Shown: in pieces, positions 5,522 to 5,785 of the stretch | Numbering within the stretch: position 1 is the stretch's first letter | How the letters are laid out: each line of letters opens with the position of its first letter | Origin: Candidatus Iainarchaeum sp. | GTDB lineage: Archaea; Iainarchaeota; Iainarchaeia; Iainarchaeales; CSSED10-239 | Reading direction: 5' to 3' | Assembly: GCA_937968065.1 (NCBI GenBank) | Contig: CALBUD010000063.1 | Coordinates: 1-5,785, forward strand | Length of the DNA: 5,785 bases | Notes under the pieces: model-generated | The model's database searches: none | Told to the model about the DNA's origin: nothing | What the model saw: the letters and a program-made list of their open reading frames with translations, nothing else | Translations under genes and position numbers: made by a program

Positions 5522-5785
5522 GTGTAGAGTATATGAATTTTAAAGATAAAAACGGAACAATTGCTTATTTTGATAAGATAAATGGTGATAGTTTTATTGA
5601 ATTTATTAAAGAAAGGCTTTTATTTTTAAAGGAAATTTTAACTGATGATGGAAGTTTATTTATTCATTTAGATTATAGAATGTCACATTATATAAAAATT
5701 GCTTTAGATGATCTGTTTGGGTTTTCATCATTTAGAAATGAAATAATTTGGAAATATAATTGGGCTAGTACAGTCAAAAAATATT
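5518..5785 (+). CDS. N6/N4 DNA methyltransferase (beta-class, PF01555-like), 3'-partial; apparently lacks the N-terminal (D/S)PP(Y/F) motif
   Basis: The frame is open from ATG 5518 (or ATG 5533) to the window end. An in-frame TAA at 5515-5517 sits just upstream. Translation: MSVEYMNFKDKNGTIAYFDKINGDSFIEFIKERLLFLKEILTDDGSLFIHLDYRMSHYIKIALDDLFGFSSFRNEIIWKY. This matches the MTase block 'y..fm..Rl.e..RvLk.dGsl.iH.D....hy.k..lD.iFG..nF.NEIiW.Y'. ATG 5518 overlaps the upstream TGA (5519-5521) as ATGA. Confidence 0.7.
   Translation, partial: MSVEYMNFKDKNGTIAYFDKINGDSFIEFIKERLLFLKEILTDDGSLFIHLDYRMSHYIKIALDDLFGFSSFRNEIIWKYNWASTVKKY

Noticed and set aside
1-5785. tRNA/rRNA/ncRNA genes, CRISPR arrays, IS elements or terminal inverted repeats
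   Set aside because: There are no GC-enriched structured islands, no regularly spaced direct repeats and no transposase- or integrase-like ORFs. The only repeats are short in-frame duplications and the intergenic dyads.

Overview
This is a very AT-rich window (roughly three-quarters or more A+T by eye). Five tightly packed ORFs all lie on the + strand. I found no RNA genes, CRISPR array or recognisable mobile element. In order: (1) the 3' part of a PHP-fold phosphoesterase-like gene that runs off the left edge; (2) an archaeal-type A24 prepilin/preflagellin peptidase with both catalytic Asp motifs intact; (3) a 977-aa protein whose C-terminal ~450 aa are colinear with archaeal FlaI/ArlI-PilB (GspE/VirB11 superfamily) secretion ATPases, but whose Walker A, Asp-box, Walker B and His-box positions are all substituted, and which carries a ~500-aa Met-free K/E/N/D-rich low-complexity N-terminal extension; (4) a 280-aa four-TM protein resembling a single-repeat (half-size) FlaJ/TadC/PilC (T2SSF) platform; (5) the 5' part of an N6/N4 DNA methyltransferase (PF01555-like) that starts by ATGA overlap and seems to begin downstream of where the (D/S)PP(Y/F) motif should sit. 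Genes 2-4 look like a minimal archaeal type IV pilus/archaellum-like assembly module built around a predicted pseudo-ATPase. The gene types and composition suggest a small-genome, DPANN-like archaeon, which is inference only. All homology statements come from by-eye comparison with remembered family consensus motifs, not from computed searches.
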